Positions 1 through 10,291 of a DNA stretch of 64,000 bases are shown in pieces. The stretch is taken from positions 15,477-79,476 of the forward strand of contig JABIFY010000092.1 in the NCBI GenBank assembly GCA_018650465.1, given 5' to 3'. The DNA comes from Alphaproteobacteria bacterium. Lineage in GTDB: Bacteria; Pseudomonadota; Alphaproteobacteria; UBA2966. Both the position numbers and the translations under genes were made by a program. A model generated the notes under the pieces. The model was given only the letters and a program-made list of their open reading frames with translations. It had not been told where the DNA came from and made no database searches. The number at the start of each line of letters is the position of its first letter. Within the stretch, counting starts at the first letter, position 1.

Positions 1-294
1 GACCTGACATCCGCTGTAGTATATCATTTTGATCGTGAAGAAATCGTTATGGACGTTCTCAATTTTGCGCAACGTGATGCGCATGTGACGGCACACAAAA
101 TGTTGTTGTCCGAGATGATGAAGTATGTCTCAAAGTATGAGGCTTCGAATGATGTTCAGGATGCGCAGAAAATTGTTGAAATTCTGAACAACTGGTTGCT
201 CGACCATATTGGAGAAACAAGAAAAATCTATCCCGCACTGGCGAAGGGGCGAAATCAAGATATTCGAAGATCTCTTGAAGGTCTGGTGGGCTGA
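1..294 (+). CDS. Hemerythrin-like metal-binding protein (5'-truncated by window edge)
   Basis: Frame is open from nt 1. Translation HFDREEIV...H..L...W...HI..ET matches the hemerythrin His/Glu diiron ligand spacing. Stop at 292-294. Confidence 0.6.
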   Translation, partial: DLTSAVVYHFDREEIVMDVLNFAQRDAHVTAHKMLLSEMMKYVSKYEASNDVQDAQKIVEILNNWLLDHIGETRKIYPALAKGRNQDIRRSLEGLVG

Positions 295-372
295 CGATGA
301 AGTGTTGTTTGTGATTGTTTTGAAAGAAACTGAGTTAATGTACTTATCCAGAAACCATAAACGGGCTGCGCA

Positions 373-1578
373 ATGACCCGGTCCATTCTCGTTGTGGATG
401 ACGAACTGGGTATTTGTGAGTTTGTCCAGGATGTTGCACAAGACATGTCGTTCGATGTTGCCATAACGACAAGCGCATCAGAAATAGTCTCTGTGCAGTT
501 CGATGCACTGGACGCCATTGTAATGGATTTGTCGATGCCAAATATGGATGGTATCGAATTGATCCGATATCTGGCAGAAAACGGATGTTCAGCAGCACTT
601 ATTTTGATGAGTGGCCTGGATAGTGGTGTTTTGGCAACAGCCGAACGTCTGGCCAGAGATCGGGGATTGACTGTTCTGGGGGCGATCACAAAGCCTATTG
701 ATATTCTGACCCTGGAAAAACTGCTGGAACTGGTGCCTTTGATCGACCGTCACCAGGAAGTATCAAATTCAGGTTCAATGGTCGACAAGAGCGATTTTTC
801 TGTCCAAGAGCTTACTCAAGCAGTTTCGCAAGGGCAAATCAAACCCTGGTTTCAGCCACGAATAAACCTTGCAGATATGGCCTTTGTCGGGGTTGAAGCT
901 CTTGCCAGATGGCAGCATCCGGTCAAGGGCATGATTCCGCCTGACAGATTTATTCCTCTGGCCGAGGAAAGCGGTTTAATTGATGAGTTGACTGTCAGCA
1001 TGGTTGAACAATCCCTTGCCGAAGTTGCCCGTTGGCAAACCGAAAATTTGACTCTGGATGTGTCAATAAACTATTCCGCCCTCTCCCTGGCGGATCTGGG
1101 TTTGCCAGATTATTTGGCGGGCCTTGTGGCGGCCCGGGATTTGAAAGCTGATCGGGTAACGGTTGAAGTGACGGAAAGCTCGGTGCTGACTGAAATCCAG
1201 AACTCCCTTGATGTTCTCACTCGTTTGCGCATGAAAGGGTTTCAATTGTCCATTGACGATTTCGGAACCGGGTTTTCTTCCATGCAGCAATTGCAGAATA
1301 TTCCCTTCACAGAACTGAAAATAGACCAGTCCTTTGTCAAAAGGGCCTTGAGCGACAAGGATGCCAAAGCGATTGTTGAAACGACGGTAGACTTGGGGCG
1401 TCGTCTGGTTATGTCGGTCATTGCTGAAGGGGTCGAAGACCTCGAGACACTTGAGCTATTGAAAAACTACCAGTGCAACCAGGTTCAAGGCTATTTCATT
1501 GCGAAGCCCATGCCTGGTAATCAAATTCTGGAATGGGCCACGATGTGGCCATCTGTAGCATCTGGTTACACGGGCTGA
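373..1578 (+). CDS. Response-regulator receiver + EAL domain c-di-GMP phosphodiesterase
   Basis: ATG start. N-terminal REC (VVDDELG, phospho-acceptor in IVMDLSMPNMDG). C-terminal EAL with EALARW, DDFGTGFSS, KIDQSF and EGVE motifs intact. Confidence 0.85.
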   Translation: MTRSILVVDDELGICEFVQDVAQDMSFDVAITTSASEIVSVQFDALDAIVMDLSMPNMDGIELIRYLAENGCSAALILMSGLDSGVLATAERLARDRGLTVLGAITKPIDILTLEKLLELVPLIDRHQEVSNSGSMVDKSDFSVQELTQAVSQGQIKPWFQPRINLADMAFVGVEALARWQHPVKGMIPPDRFIPLAEESGLIDELTVSMVEQSLAEVARWQTENLTLDVSINYSALSLADLGLPDYLAGLVAARDLKADRVTVEVTESSVLTEIQNSLDVLTRLRMKGFQLSIDDFGTGFSSMQQLQNIPFTELKIDQSFVKRALSDKDAKAIVETTVDLGRRLVMSVIAEGVEDLETLELLKNYQCNQVQGYFIAKPMPGNQILEWATMWPSVASGYTG

Positions 1579-1724
1579 CTTTAAGTCCCTTGCGGGCCTG
1601 AAATGTACCGGCTAATCTTTCGTCGAAAACCACTGGTCTCAATCGCATTTTAGCGGCAATATTCGCGTTCATGAGCCATGCTGGCAATGAACCGTTGAAG
1701 AAACTGACCCCCAAAGGAAGAGCA

Positions 1725-3353
1725 ATGCTTGGAATAATGCAAGATCGGCCGATGCTGATCTCAACTCTGATTGATTACGCTGCCCAATATCACGGAGAGG
1801 GTGAAATAGTTTCGAGGACGGTTGAGGGACCGATCCACAGATATACATATACCGACGCGCAGAAACGTTCCAAACAACTGGCGAAGGCCTTACTGAAGCT
1901 TGACGTAAAACTGGGGGATCGGGTCGCAACCCTGGCGTGGAACGGATTTCGCCATTTCGAACTCTATTATGGTGTCTCTGGCCTGGGTGCAGTCTTGCAC
2001 ACGATTAATCCCCGCCTGTTCGCTGAGCAAATCATCTATATCGTCAATCATGCCGAAGACGATTACATCTTTACGGATCTTACTTTTGTACCGCTGCTGG
2101 AACAGGTTCAGGATCAGTTTGAGGGCGTGAAAGGCTTTGTCATCATGACAGACGAAGCCAATATGCCTGAAACGACTTTGAACAATGTATTGTGCTACGA
2201 AACCTTGATTGACGCTGAAGACGATGAATTTGAGTGGCCGACATTCGATGAGAATACGGCGTCTTCGCTATGTTACACATCCGGCACAACGGGCAACCCC
2301 AAAGGCGTGCTCTATTCACATCGCTCAACTGTCATCCACAGTTTCATTGTTTGTATGAAAGACACGCTCGGCCTGTCGAGTATGGAAACTGTGTTGCCGG
2401 TCGTGCCCATGTTTCACGCCAATTGCTGGGGTATCGCCTATGCGGCACCTATGTGTGGCGCCAAGCTGGTCTTTCCTGGCGCCGGGATGGATGGTGCCAG
2501 TGTTTATGAATTGTTGAACGACGAAAAAGTTACGATGACTGCCGGTGTGCCGACGGTCTGGCTAATGTTGCTCAATCACATGCGGGAAAACAAACTGACA
2601 CTGGACACCGTTTCGCGTGTTGTGTGCGGTGGCTCCGCTGCCCCACGGGCAATGATTGAAGAATTTGAAGAAGCTCACGGTGCCGTTTTGATCCATGCCT
2701 GGGGCATGACAGAAATGAGCCCGATCGGCACTTGCGGTACGCTCAAGACCGGCATGGAAAATTATTCACCGAAAGAACGTTACGACGTTCAGGAAAAGCA
2801 GGGCCGGGGCATTTACGGCGTCGAAATGAAAATCATCGACGACGACAACGAGGAACAACCGAGAGACGGTGTCGCCTTTGGCAGGCTAATGGTTCGAGGC
2901 CCTGCCATTTGCTCTGGCTATTTCAAGGGTGACGGCGGTGACGTACTGGATGACGATGGCTGGTTTGACACTGGTGATGTGGCCAATATTAGTCCTCAAG
3001 GCTACATGCAAATTGTTGACCGTTCCAAGGACGTCATTAAAACCGGTGGCGAATGGATCAGTTCCATTGATCTTGAAAATACTGCTGTTGGCCATCCGGA
3101 TGTGGTGGAAGCCTGTGTTATCGGTGTGTACCACCCCAAGTGGGACGAGCGGCCCTTGATGTTGATCATCAAATCAGCAGGCAGCGACCTTGATCGTGAA
3201 GGTGTGCTGGCTTATCTGGAAGACAAGATTGTTAAATGGTGGGCGCCCGATGACGTCGTCTTTGTTGACGAATTGCCTCATACAGCGACAGGCAAGTTGT
3301 TGAAATCAAAATTGCGGGAAGAATACAAGGACTACAAGCTCCCAACGGCTTGA
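1725..3353 (+). CDS. Long-chain fatty-acid-CoA ligase (AMP-binding family)
   Basis: [20 protein letters not shown]-terminus typical of FadD-like ligases. AMP-binding motif [12 protein letters not shown]. Start taken at the internal ATG 1725 rather than the ORF-track start 1671. Confidence 0.85.
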   Translation: MLGIMQDRPMLISTLIDYAAQYHGEGEIVSRTVEGPIHRYTYTDAQKRSKQLAKALLKLDVKLGDRVATLAWNGFRHFELYYGVSGLGAVLHTINPRLFAEQIIYIVNHAEDDYIFTDLTFVPLLEQVQDQFEGVKGFVIMTDEANMPETTLNNVLCYETLIDAEDDEFEWPTFDENTASSLCYTSGTTGNPKGVLYSHRSTVIHSFIVCMKDTLGLSSMETVLPVVPMFHANCWGIAYAAPMCGAKLVFPGAGMDGASVYELLNDEKVTMTAGVPTVWLMLLNHMRENKLTLDTVSRVVCGGSAAPRAMIEEFEEAHGAVLIHAWGMTEMSPIGTCGTLKTGMENYSPKERYDVQEKQGRGIYGVEMKIIDDDNEEQPRDGVAFGRLMVRGPAICSGYFKGDGGDVLDDDGWFDTGDVANISPQGYMQIVDRSKDVIKTGGEWISSIDLENTAVGHPDVVEACVIGVYHPKWDERPLMLIIKSAGSDLDREGVLAYLEDKIVKWWAPDDVVFVDELPHTATGKLLKSKLREEYKDYKLPTA

Positions 3354-3380
3354 TCGTCTTAAACGGCACCTGAAAAAGCA

Positions 3381-3417
3381 CGCCCTCTGCGAAAGTATTC
3401 GCAGAGGGCGTTTCTTT
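3381..3417. terminator. Bidirectional rho-independent terminator
   Basis: Perfect 13-bp stem CGCCCTCTGCGAA / TTCGCAGAGGGCG with loop AGTA. It is flanked by an A-tract (ctgaaaaa) and a T-tract (tttcttt). Sits between convergent genes ending at 3353 (+) and 3416 (-). Confidence 0.75.
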
Positions 3418-4324
3418 ATCCGGGGCTATATTCTGATGATAATGAGGGAATGCCCTCGCTGCGGGCCTCTCCGGTTTCGGTCAAATGGATCAGATGAGAA
3501 AGAACTGACCTTTGTGCTGCCGGGTGCAAAAAGGCAGGCACATCTGCATACATGGTTTCCACCATTTCCGGGATACCGCGAATGCCATCTTTCAGACATT
3601 TCAGGATTTGGCTGTTTCGGGCATTTCGGTGCTCGATATAACTTCTGACAAAATCTTGTGGGTTTTCAATGGCCGGGCCGTGACAGGGGCGGTAAAGCAC
3701 GTCGTCCCGGGGTAGCAATAGATCCAGGCTGCGCATATAGGCCTGCATGTCACCGTCCGGGGGTGCCACGATTGTCGTCGACCAGCCCATGACATGGTCA
3801 CCGGTAAACACGGTCTTTTCTTCCCTCAAGGCAAAACAGATGTGGTTCGATGTGTGGCCAGGTGTATGCAAAGCTTCGAATGTCCAGCCATCGCCTTCGA
3901 TAATATCCCCGTGGCGCAGTTTGTGATCCGGCTTGAAGTCGTGATCGGCGCCTTCCTCGACAATACCGCCGGCTTCTGGTCTGCCAGACCCATGCGGTCC
4001 AAACCCCCATGTTTGTGCACCTGTTCGTTCCTTTAAAGCGGCGGCAGCCGGGGAATGGTCCTTATGGGTATGGGTGACCAGAATATGACTAACGTTGCGC
4101 CCCTGCACGGCTTTCAGCGTAGCCTCAATATGATTTTCGAGATCGGGGCCGGGATCAATGATGGCAACATTCTTTTCGCCGACGATAAAAGTTCCCGTGC
4201 CCTTGAAGGTGAAGGGGCCTGAATTATCGGCAACAACCCGGCGCACCAGGGGGGACATTATCTGGGCGGCGCCATATTCAACATCGTCATCCCTGTTAAA
4301 TGGTATCCCGTTACTCATGTGCAT
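3416..4324 (-). CDS. MBL-fold metallo-hydrolase
   Basis: HTHKDH (HxHxDH) zinc-binding motif and beta-lactamase-like fold pattern. Confidence 0.75.
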   Translation of the reverse strand: MHMSNGIPFNRDDDVEYGAAQIMSPLVRRVVADNSGPFTFKGTGTFIVGEKNVAIIDPGPDLENHIEATLKAVQGRNVSHILVTHTHKDHSPAAAALKERTGAQTWGFGPHGSGRPEAGGIVEEGADHDFKPDHKLRHGDIIEGDGWTFEALHTPGHTSNHICFALREEKTVFTGDHVMGWSTTIVAPPDGDMQAYMRSLDLLLPRDDVLYRPCHGPAIENPQDFVRSYIEHRNARNSQILKCLKDGIRGIPEMVETMYADVPAFLHPAAQRSVLSHLIHLTETGEARSEGIPSLSSEYSPG

Positions 4325-4455
4325 TTTCCTGGTTGGAGAAGTTTGAACTTAGGTATTATCTGGAGCATTTCCGGGTTTAACGGAAACGCAGCGTTGCCTC
4401 AAGTTAAAGGTTTGCGTCAAACATAACCGCAGAAATGATTCCGTTTAAGCCAGAA

Positions 4456-5157
4456 TCACTCTAACTGTTGGGCACGAAGAAAAGCCCTTGTGTGAAATTC
4501 AGATTGAGCAGAAACATAAACATATTCAGTGCCAACCGGACAAGCATGACGGGCAAGGCAGCCAGTGGTCTTGCAAGTTTCACCCGCCGGATCATGGAGC
4601 ATATGAGCTGTGCATGCCGGAACGTCATATTGGCTTCCATCAAAGGCGCTAACCGGACAGGCATTTAGACAAGGCCGGTCTTCACAACGATCACAGGGCG
4701 ACGGCGCAGGTTCATTTGCTGGTAATTCCAGTTGTTGCTCAAATACCAAGGCTCCCCTGTAAGCATGCCAGAGGCCATAAGTCGGGTGGATGAGGGGACC
4801 GGTAGGAGACGGGTAAACGGGTTCTGCCCGTTGGGCCCACTTCTGAAAGGGTAACCAGGGCGGGCCACCAAACGGATAAAGCGCTTCGACCAGCCCGAAA
4901 CCATCTGTTTGCAAAACAATCTGTCCCAGTATGCGTTTGGTCCAGCGGTCCAAAGGATTGATCGCATTGTCGAGATTTTCCGGACTGTCATGAAACTTAT
5001 GCCACATGGCCGGGCCGGTGTTGCCAATAAGCACAACAGTTTTTGCGACCGATCCATTTGTAAGGGGGGGGACGGCGTCTTTGCTGCCTGGATAAAATCC
5101 ACCGCGGCAAGAAAGAGAAAACGTCTCCAGCAATGAAGCCAATTGCGGAATAATCAT
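4456..5157 (-). CDS. 4Fe-4S ferredoxin-type domain protein (function unknown)
   Basis: C-terminal Cys clusters CDRCEDRPCLNACP and CKTTGCLARHACP. The N-terminal approximately 150 aa are not assignable by eye. Confidence 0.5.
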   Translation of the reverse strand: MIIPQLASLLETFSLSCRGGFYPGSKDAVPPLTNGSVAKTVVLIGNTGPAMWHKFHDSPENLDNAINPLDRWTKRILGQIVLQTDGFGLVEALYPFGGPPWLPFQKWAQRAEPVYPSPTGPLIHPTYGLWHAYRGALVFEQQLELPANEPAPSPCDRCEDRPCLNACPVSAFDGSQYDVPACTAHMLHDPAGETCKTTGCLARHACPVGTEYVYVSAQSEFHTRAFLRAQQLE

Positions 5158-5429
5158 GGAAACATCAATTTGCAGTCAGAGGAAGTACAATTATCAGGCC
5201 GGTAAACCTGAAATTCGAAGAAATCAACGTTGCGGCTGTATCTCAATTAAATCAAGCCTATATAGATCACAATGTACACACCTGTAGCGTCCGGCCTGCC
5301 GGGTTTATACTGTTGAGTTCGACTTGATGAATTCAACCAGGTGAATCAGAGCGGGCAATCGACATAAAATAATACCCGCTTGGGCAACATCCGGTATTTG
5401 TGCGGGGCAATTAGTGATAATGGTAAGAA

Positions 5430-6902
5430 ATGAATTTATTGAATGATGCTGATATACGGGATTTGCAATCCTTCGATTCGCCCGAAGCCGCCATTTCGCG
5501 CATGGAAGAAATTTATGACGAAGGTTGCGAGCTTCTGAGGGCGCATTTCGACCGCTTTGCCGCGGGTGAACGCGGTTTTGAAAAGGTCGATGCCTGTTAT
5601 CCCTATCTACGTATTGAAGTGCCTTCCGTATCGCAACAACAACGGGGTTCCTTGTCCTATGGCGCAGTGGCTGAGGCTGGTGTCTATGGCACCACGGTTA
5701 CCAAGCCTTCCTTGTTTCGCAGCTATTATCTGGAGCAAATCGGCTTGCTACTGAAAAACCATGACGTGCCGATCCAGGTCGGTATTTCAAACCGGCAAAT
5801 TCCCTTGACCTTTGCTATGGAATCCCTGACTTCGGATCTGAAAGCCGATGAAGTTTCTTTGTTGGCTGACATGTTTCATCTGCCGGACCTGGCTCGAATT
5901 GACGACCGGGTTGCTAATGGGACATATCGTGGGCAAGCAGGTGAGCCCCACCCCCTGTCGCTGTTTAGCGCGGAAAGAGTTGATCTCTCCCTGTCCAGGC
6001 TAAACCATTATACGGGAACGTCTCCTGAGCATTTTCAGGGATTTGTTTTATTTACGAACTATCAAAGATATGTGGACGAATTTGTTGAATATGGTCGTCA
6101 GGAAATTGAGACGGGCGATACCTTCAGAGCATTTGTCGAGCCGGGTAACGCAATTTCCTGTAACCCGCGTCTGACTGATTCTGCTTCTTCTGGTGAGCTC
6201 GCGACCAAGTTGCCGCAAATGCCCGCCTATCACCTTGTCAAAGACGGGCATATGGGTGTCACCCTGATCAATATTGGTGTTGGGCCATCGAACGCGAAAA
6301 CGATTACGGATCATGTGGCTGTTTTGCGACCCCATTGCTGGCTGATGATCGGTCACTGTGGGGGCTTGCGCAGAAGTCAGCGTCTTGGTGATTATGTTTT
6401 GGCCCATGCCTATGGTCGGCTGGATAATGTCTTGAACAATGACCTGCCGCCAGAAATTCCGATACCTGCCATTGCCGAGATTCAAGTGGCCTTAAGTGCG
6501 GCCGTGGCCAAGGTCAGCGGTGATACAGCTGCCGATATGAAACAACATTTGCGGACCGGCACGGTCGTGACAACGGATGACCGGGATTGGGAATTACGCC
6601 ACGATGCCTTGTCGACTTATTTCAACCAGACCAGAGCAATTGCCGTTGATATGGAGTCTGCCACAATAGCCGCCAACGGTTATCGCTTGCGGGTACCATA
6701 CGGCACCTTGTTATGTGTTTCGGATAAACCCATGCATGGGGAAATCAAATTGCCTGGTATGGCCAATGCTTTTTACCAGGAACGGGTCAGTCAGCACTTC
6801 AAGATCGGGCTTGAGACGATCAGCATGTTGCGTGAAGAAGTTGATCAACGTGTCTTGCATTCACGCAAACTACGCAGCTTTGATGAACCGGCTTTTCGTT
6901 AG
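5430..6902 (+). CDS. amn: AMP nucleosidase
   Basis: Near-colinear match to E. coli Amn. Landmarks include LFRSYYLEQ, RLNHYTGTSPEHFQGFVLFTNYQRYVDEFV, LINIGVGPSNAKTITDHVAVLRP, LRTGTVVTTDDRDWELR, AVDMESATIAANGYR and the C-terminal HSRKLRSFDEPAFR. Confidence 0.9.
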   Translation: MNLLNDADIRDLQSFDSPEAAISRMEEIYDEGCELLRAHFDRFAAGERGFEKVDACYPYLRIEVPSVSQQQRGSLSYGAVAEAGVYGTTVTKPSLFRSYYLEQIGLLLKNHDVPIQVGISNRQIPLTFAMESLTSDLKADEVSLLADMFHLPDLARIDDRVANGTYRGQAGEPHPLSLFSAERVDLSLSRLNHYTGTSPEHFQGFVLFTNYQRYVDEFVEYGRQEIETGDTFRAFVEPGNAISCNPRLTDSASSGELATKLPQMPAYHLVKDGHMGVTLINIGVGPSNAKTITDHVAVLRPHCWLMIGHCGGLRRSQRLGDYVLAHAYGRLDNVLNNDLPPEIPIPAIAEIQVALSAAVAKVSGDTAADMKQHLRTGTVVTTDDRDWELRHDALSTYFNQTRAIAVDMESATIAANGYRLRVPYGTLLCVSDKPMHGEIKLPGMANAFYQERVSQHFKIGLETISMLREEVDQRVLHSRKLRSFDEPAFR

Positions 6903-6980
6903 GGCAAACCCAGTTTAAACGGAACTGCTCTAATCGCTGAATATCTGGTAATTGGGCCCCGGACGTCCTATCTATGGTAG

Positions 6981-7382
6981 ATGGGAAAGCGACACTTATA
7001 TCTGGTTCTGGGCTTTGCCTTTTTTGGCATTGGCGTTGCCGGTGTCGTGCTGCCTGTTTTGCCGACCACGCCCTTTATGTTGCTGGCCCTGTGGGCCTTT
7101 TCCAATAGTTCTGAACGTTTTCATAACTGGCTGTATAACCATCCGAAATTTGGACCATCCTTGCAAAAATGGCGATCACATGGTGTTGTTCCCAGGCGCG
7201 CCAAGGTATCTGCATTAACCGTCATGGCGTGCAGCCTTACATTTTTGACGATGTTTACCGAAGTGCATTGGGCAGTCATGTTTTCAGCCGCAGCGCTCAT
7301 GTTGATCGGTGCAACTTTCTTGATGACGCGACCCAGTCAGATTCCCGTCGAATATGATGATCCGACGGATCGTGTCCTTTAA
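6981..7382 (+). CDS. ybaN: DUF454 inner-membrane protein (YbaN family)
   Basis: GVVLPVLPTTPFMLLALWAFSNSSERFHNWL matches the YbaN signature. Two-TM topology. Confidence 0.8.
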   Translation: MGKRHLYLVLGFAFFGIGVAGVVLPVLPTTPFMLLALWAFSNSSERFHNWLYNHPKFGPSLQKWRSHGVVPRRAKVSALTVMACSLTFLTMFTEVHWAVMFSAAALMLIGATFLMTRPSQIPVEYDDPTDRVL

Positions 7383-7414
7383 ATTTGGTGCAGACAGGTC
7401 TGGCTGGAAGCTGA

Positions 7415-8623
7415 TTACCAGGTCGTTTTTTGCTTGATAACATCAACGGCTTTTTCAAAATTGAGCGGCTTTGACATATAATACCCTTGGCCATATTGGC
7501 AGCCCAGGGCCCTCAGCGTATCCATTTGGGCTTTTTCCTCGATGCCCTCGGCGACAATGTTTGTGCGCAGAGCAAGGGCCAGCTGGGCAATGCCATTTAC
7601 CACACGAAGACTGTTTGTCGATTTGTCCATATTAACGACAAATGTGCGGTCAATCTTGATGGTGTCCAGCGGGAACTGGTGCAGATAACTCAGGCTTGAA
7701 TATCCTGTACCAAAATCATCAAGCGCAATCGACGTGCCGAGGCTTTTCAACTTTTTCAAGGCCTCGGTCGCGTGGGCGAAGTTTTCCACCATCATTGTTT
7801 CGGTGATTTCCAGCTTGATGTTGGCTGGATTCACCCCGCTCGTGGAAATGATCTCCGCGAGGGTGTCAATTTCCTTCAGCTCCGACAGCTGTAGGCCCGA
7901 AACATTGACGCTCATGAACGGCGAGGGTTTATCAGGAAAGGCGGTGGCGAATTCTGCCATCAGGGTCTTGTGTTGTTCAAGCGATGTTTCCAATGCCCAG
8001 CGACCCAATTCAACGATGTAACCGGTCTCTTCTGCCAGAGGAATGAATTCAACAGGTGAGATGAAGGTGCCGTCTGCCTTTTGCCAGCGCATCAAGGCTT
8101 CAAAGCCGGCAAGGTGGCCGTCATCCAACGAGACGATCGGCTGGAAATGCATTTCGAATTCGTTGTTCGCAAGGGCCTGCCGCATATCTTTTTCAATATT
8201 GATACGACTGAAAGCCAGATCCCTGATTTCGTCGAGCGATGCATCCGTGCCATTGTTGGGAAGTTCTTTGCCAACCAGCAAATGCTGTGTTTCTCGAAAT
8301 CGATTGAGGATGACCCGAATGATCAGGTTCATCATCGGATTATCTGAGCGCAGGTTTCCCATGTAACGGGCTCGCTGAATGACAATAACATCCGTTTTTT
8401 GGGAGGCCCGAACGGAGGCAGAACGTGGAGCGTCATCAATCATCGACATTTCGCCGAAGATTTCACCAGCGCCAAGTGTTGCGATAACAACTTCCTTGCC
8501 GTCCTGAATATTGGAGATTTCAACTTCTCCATTCTCAATCATATAAGCGTTTCGCCCCTGATCACCGATTCGGAATATTTCGTCACCAGCAGCAAAAGAT
8601 TTTGAATAGATCATGTCGGACAT
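7415..8623 (-). CDS. Cyclic-nucleotide-binding (CAP-like) domain + EAL domain c-di-GMP phosphodiesterase
   Basis: N-terminal cNMP-binding signature (GEVEI...FGEMSMIDDAPRSASVRA). EAL domain with EALMRW, DDFGTGYSSLSYL, KIDRTF and EGIE motifs. Confidence 0.85.
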   Translation of the reverse strand: MSDMIYSKSFAAGDEIFRIGDQGRNAYMIENGEVEISNIQDGKEVVIATLGAGEIFGEMSMIDDAPRSASVRASQKTDVIVIQRARYMGNLRSDNPMMNLIIRVILNRFRETQHLLVGKELPNNGTDASLDEIRDLAFSRINIEKDMRQALANNEFEMHFQPIVSLDDGHLAGFEALMRWQKADGTFISPVEFIPLAEETGYIVELGRWALETSLEQHKTLMAEFATAFPDKPSPFMSVNVSGLQLSELKEIDTLAEIISTSGVNPANIKLEITETMMVENFAHATEALKKLKSLGTSIALDDFGTGYSSLSYLHQFPLDTIKIDRTFVVNMDKSTNSLRVVNGIAQLALALRTNIVAEGIEEKAQMDTLRALGCQYGQGYYMSKPLNFEKAVDVIKQKTTW

Positions 8624-8760
8624 TCAGGCGTACCCCGGTAATGAACAATGTTGAACTCGAACTTGCAAATCTTAACAGTTAATAGTTAAGAGATGATATG
8701 AGTAATTAACATTGTGAATTTCAACCCGGCCCCACGTCCCGAATGCAATGTTCTGCGTGG

Positions 8761-8790
8761 CTGACAATGACTGACAATGACTGCCAATGA
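8761..8790. repeat. 10-bp tandem direct repeat x3 (CTGACAATGA CTGACAATGA CTGCCAATGA)
   Basis: Seen directly. Lies in the 190-bp gap between the ispB stop (8815) and the cNMP-EAL start (8623). Confidence 0.9.
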
Positions 8791-8814
8791 CTAGCCCGTG
8801 GGCGTCAGTTGGTG

Positions 8815-9837
8815 TCAGTGGGCTCTTTCAATACAAAAATCAACAACATCAACCAGCGCTTGCTGTTCTTCACCTGCCGGGAAAAATCCGAGGGCATCGC
8901 GGGCTTTTGCGCCATAATGACGTGCGCGTTCAACCGTGTCTGCAAGGGCGCCATGTTTTTCCAGAAGCGCCATGGCCGTTTCCAGGTCACCTTCCTGTTG
9001 ATCCAGCTCTTCCAGTGTTTTGATCCAGAAAGCTCGCTCTTGGTCGTCGCCTCTGCGAAAGGCGAGGATGATCGGCAATGTAATTTTGCCTTCGCGAAAA
9101 TCATCGCCGACTGTTTTGCCCAAGGTCGCCTGTTTTGCAGAAAAATCAAGCACATCGTCAATCAACTGAAAAGTAATGCCGATGTTCCTGCCATATGATT
9201 CCAGCGCTTCTTCTTCTGCCTTTGGCCGGTCGGCGACAACAGCGCCGATACGGCACGCAGCCGAGAACAATGCTGCCGTTTTATTGCTGATAACTTCAAG
9301 ATAGGCATCTTCTGAAGTTGAGGTGTCGTTGGATGTTACCAACTGCTGAACTTCACCTTCTGCAATAACAGCTGAAGCCGTTGATAAAATATCCAGGACC
9401 TTCAATGAGCCATCCTTGACCATCAACTGAAAGGCGCGGCTGAACAGAAAATCCCCGACCAGGACGCTGGCCTGATTGCCCCACAAGGCATTGGCTGTGG
9501 CATTGCCGCGACGTAAATCACTTTCATCGACAACATCATCATGCAGCAGCGTGGCGGTATGAATGAATTCTACGCAGGCCGCTAGCTGGATGTGACGCTC
9601 ACCGGAATACCCACACATATGGGCACTGGCCAGTGTCATTAACGGGCGCAGGCGCTTGCCGCCGGAAGCAACAAGATGTCCGGCAAGTTCAGGGATCAGG
9701 GGAACGCGGCTCGACATGCGGTCGACGATGACCCTGTTGACCTTGGACAGGTCGTCAGCCACCAATGACTGGAGTTTCTTCAGGGATGCCTTTTTTGCGC
9801 TATCGCTTTTGGTTCCCAGTGGTACAACAACACCCAC
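8815..9837 (-). CDS. ispB: Octaprenyl-diphosphate synthase (polyprenyl synthetase)
   Basis: Both aspartate-rich motifs are present (LLHDDVVDESDLRRG; FQLIDDVLDF). Length 340 aa. Confidence 0.85.
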   Translation of the reverse strand: MGVVVPLGTKSDSAKKASLKKLQSLVADDLSKVNRVIVDRMSSRVPLIPELAGHLVASGGKRLRPLMTLASAHMCGYSGERHIQLAACVEFIHTATLLHDDVVDESDLRRGNATANALWGNQASVLVGDFLFSRAFQLMVKDGSLKVLDILSTASAVIAEGEVQQLVTSNDTSTSEDAYLEVISNKTAALFSAACRIGAVVADRPKAEEEALESYGRNIGITFQLIDDVLDFSAKQATLGKTVGDDFREGKITLPIILAFRRGDDQERAFWIKTLEELDQQEGDLETAMALLEKHGALADTVERARHYGAKARDALGFFPAGEEQQALVDVVDFCIERAH

Positions 9838-10102
9838 AAAACCACCTTTCGTGACAATGGACTATTTCATTTAAAGAATAAGGTGGGGGTTGAACGGCGG
9901 TCAAGCACCTGCCCGAAAAATTCACCTATATCGTTGATTTTGCGACGATTTGGCGCAATCGTAGAGCATTATGATTGAAGTCCTGCGCACTAGAGTGTTT
10001 TAATTCTGATTGAAACACTTGATGCTGCAACCCGTTGCAAAGTATGGAATATATGAAACGAGGCGATTCCGATAAGATCGGAATCGCTTTAATGACGTTG
10101 TC

Positions 10103-10291
10103 TTGCTTTCGTTCGTTTCGGCATTGCTGGAGGACGCGGATATTGACGCCCTGGTCTTCGATACACATGCGTCAGTTATGGAGGGTAGCCTTGGTGTCTT
10201 GCCGCGGCGTATTATGGTTGCCGATAGCGACCAGTATTACGCGCGGAAGGTGATTGAGCAGGCAATGGACGATCGTGGTGTCAAAAACTGA
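10103..10291 (+). CDS. DUF2007-like small protein (TTG start; true N-terminus uncertain)
   Basis: LSFVSALLEDADI...SVMEGSLGVLPRRIMVADSD resembles DUF2007 proteins commonly found next to ispB in alphaproteobacteria. Only a TTG start is available in frame. Confidence 0.5.
   Translation: MLSFVSALLEDADIDALVFDTHASVMEGSLGVLPRRIMVADSDQYYARKVIEQAMDDRGVKN

Noticed and set aside
1671-1724. Upstream extension of the acyl-CoA ligase ORF ([18 protein letters not shown])
   Set aside because: Homologues begin at MLGxMQDRPLLIS. The extension overlaps the REC-EAL gene's 3' region, so the internal ATG at 1725 was chosen.
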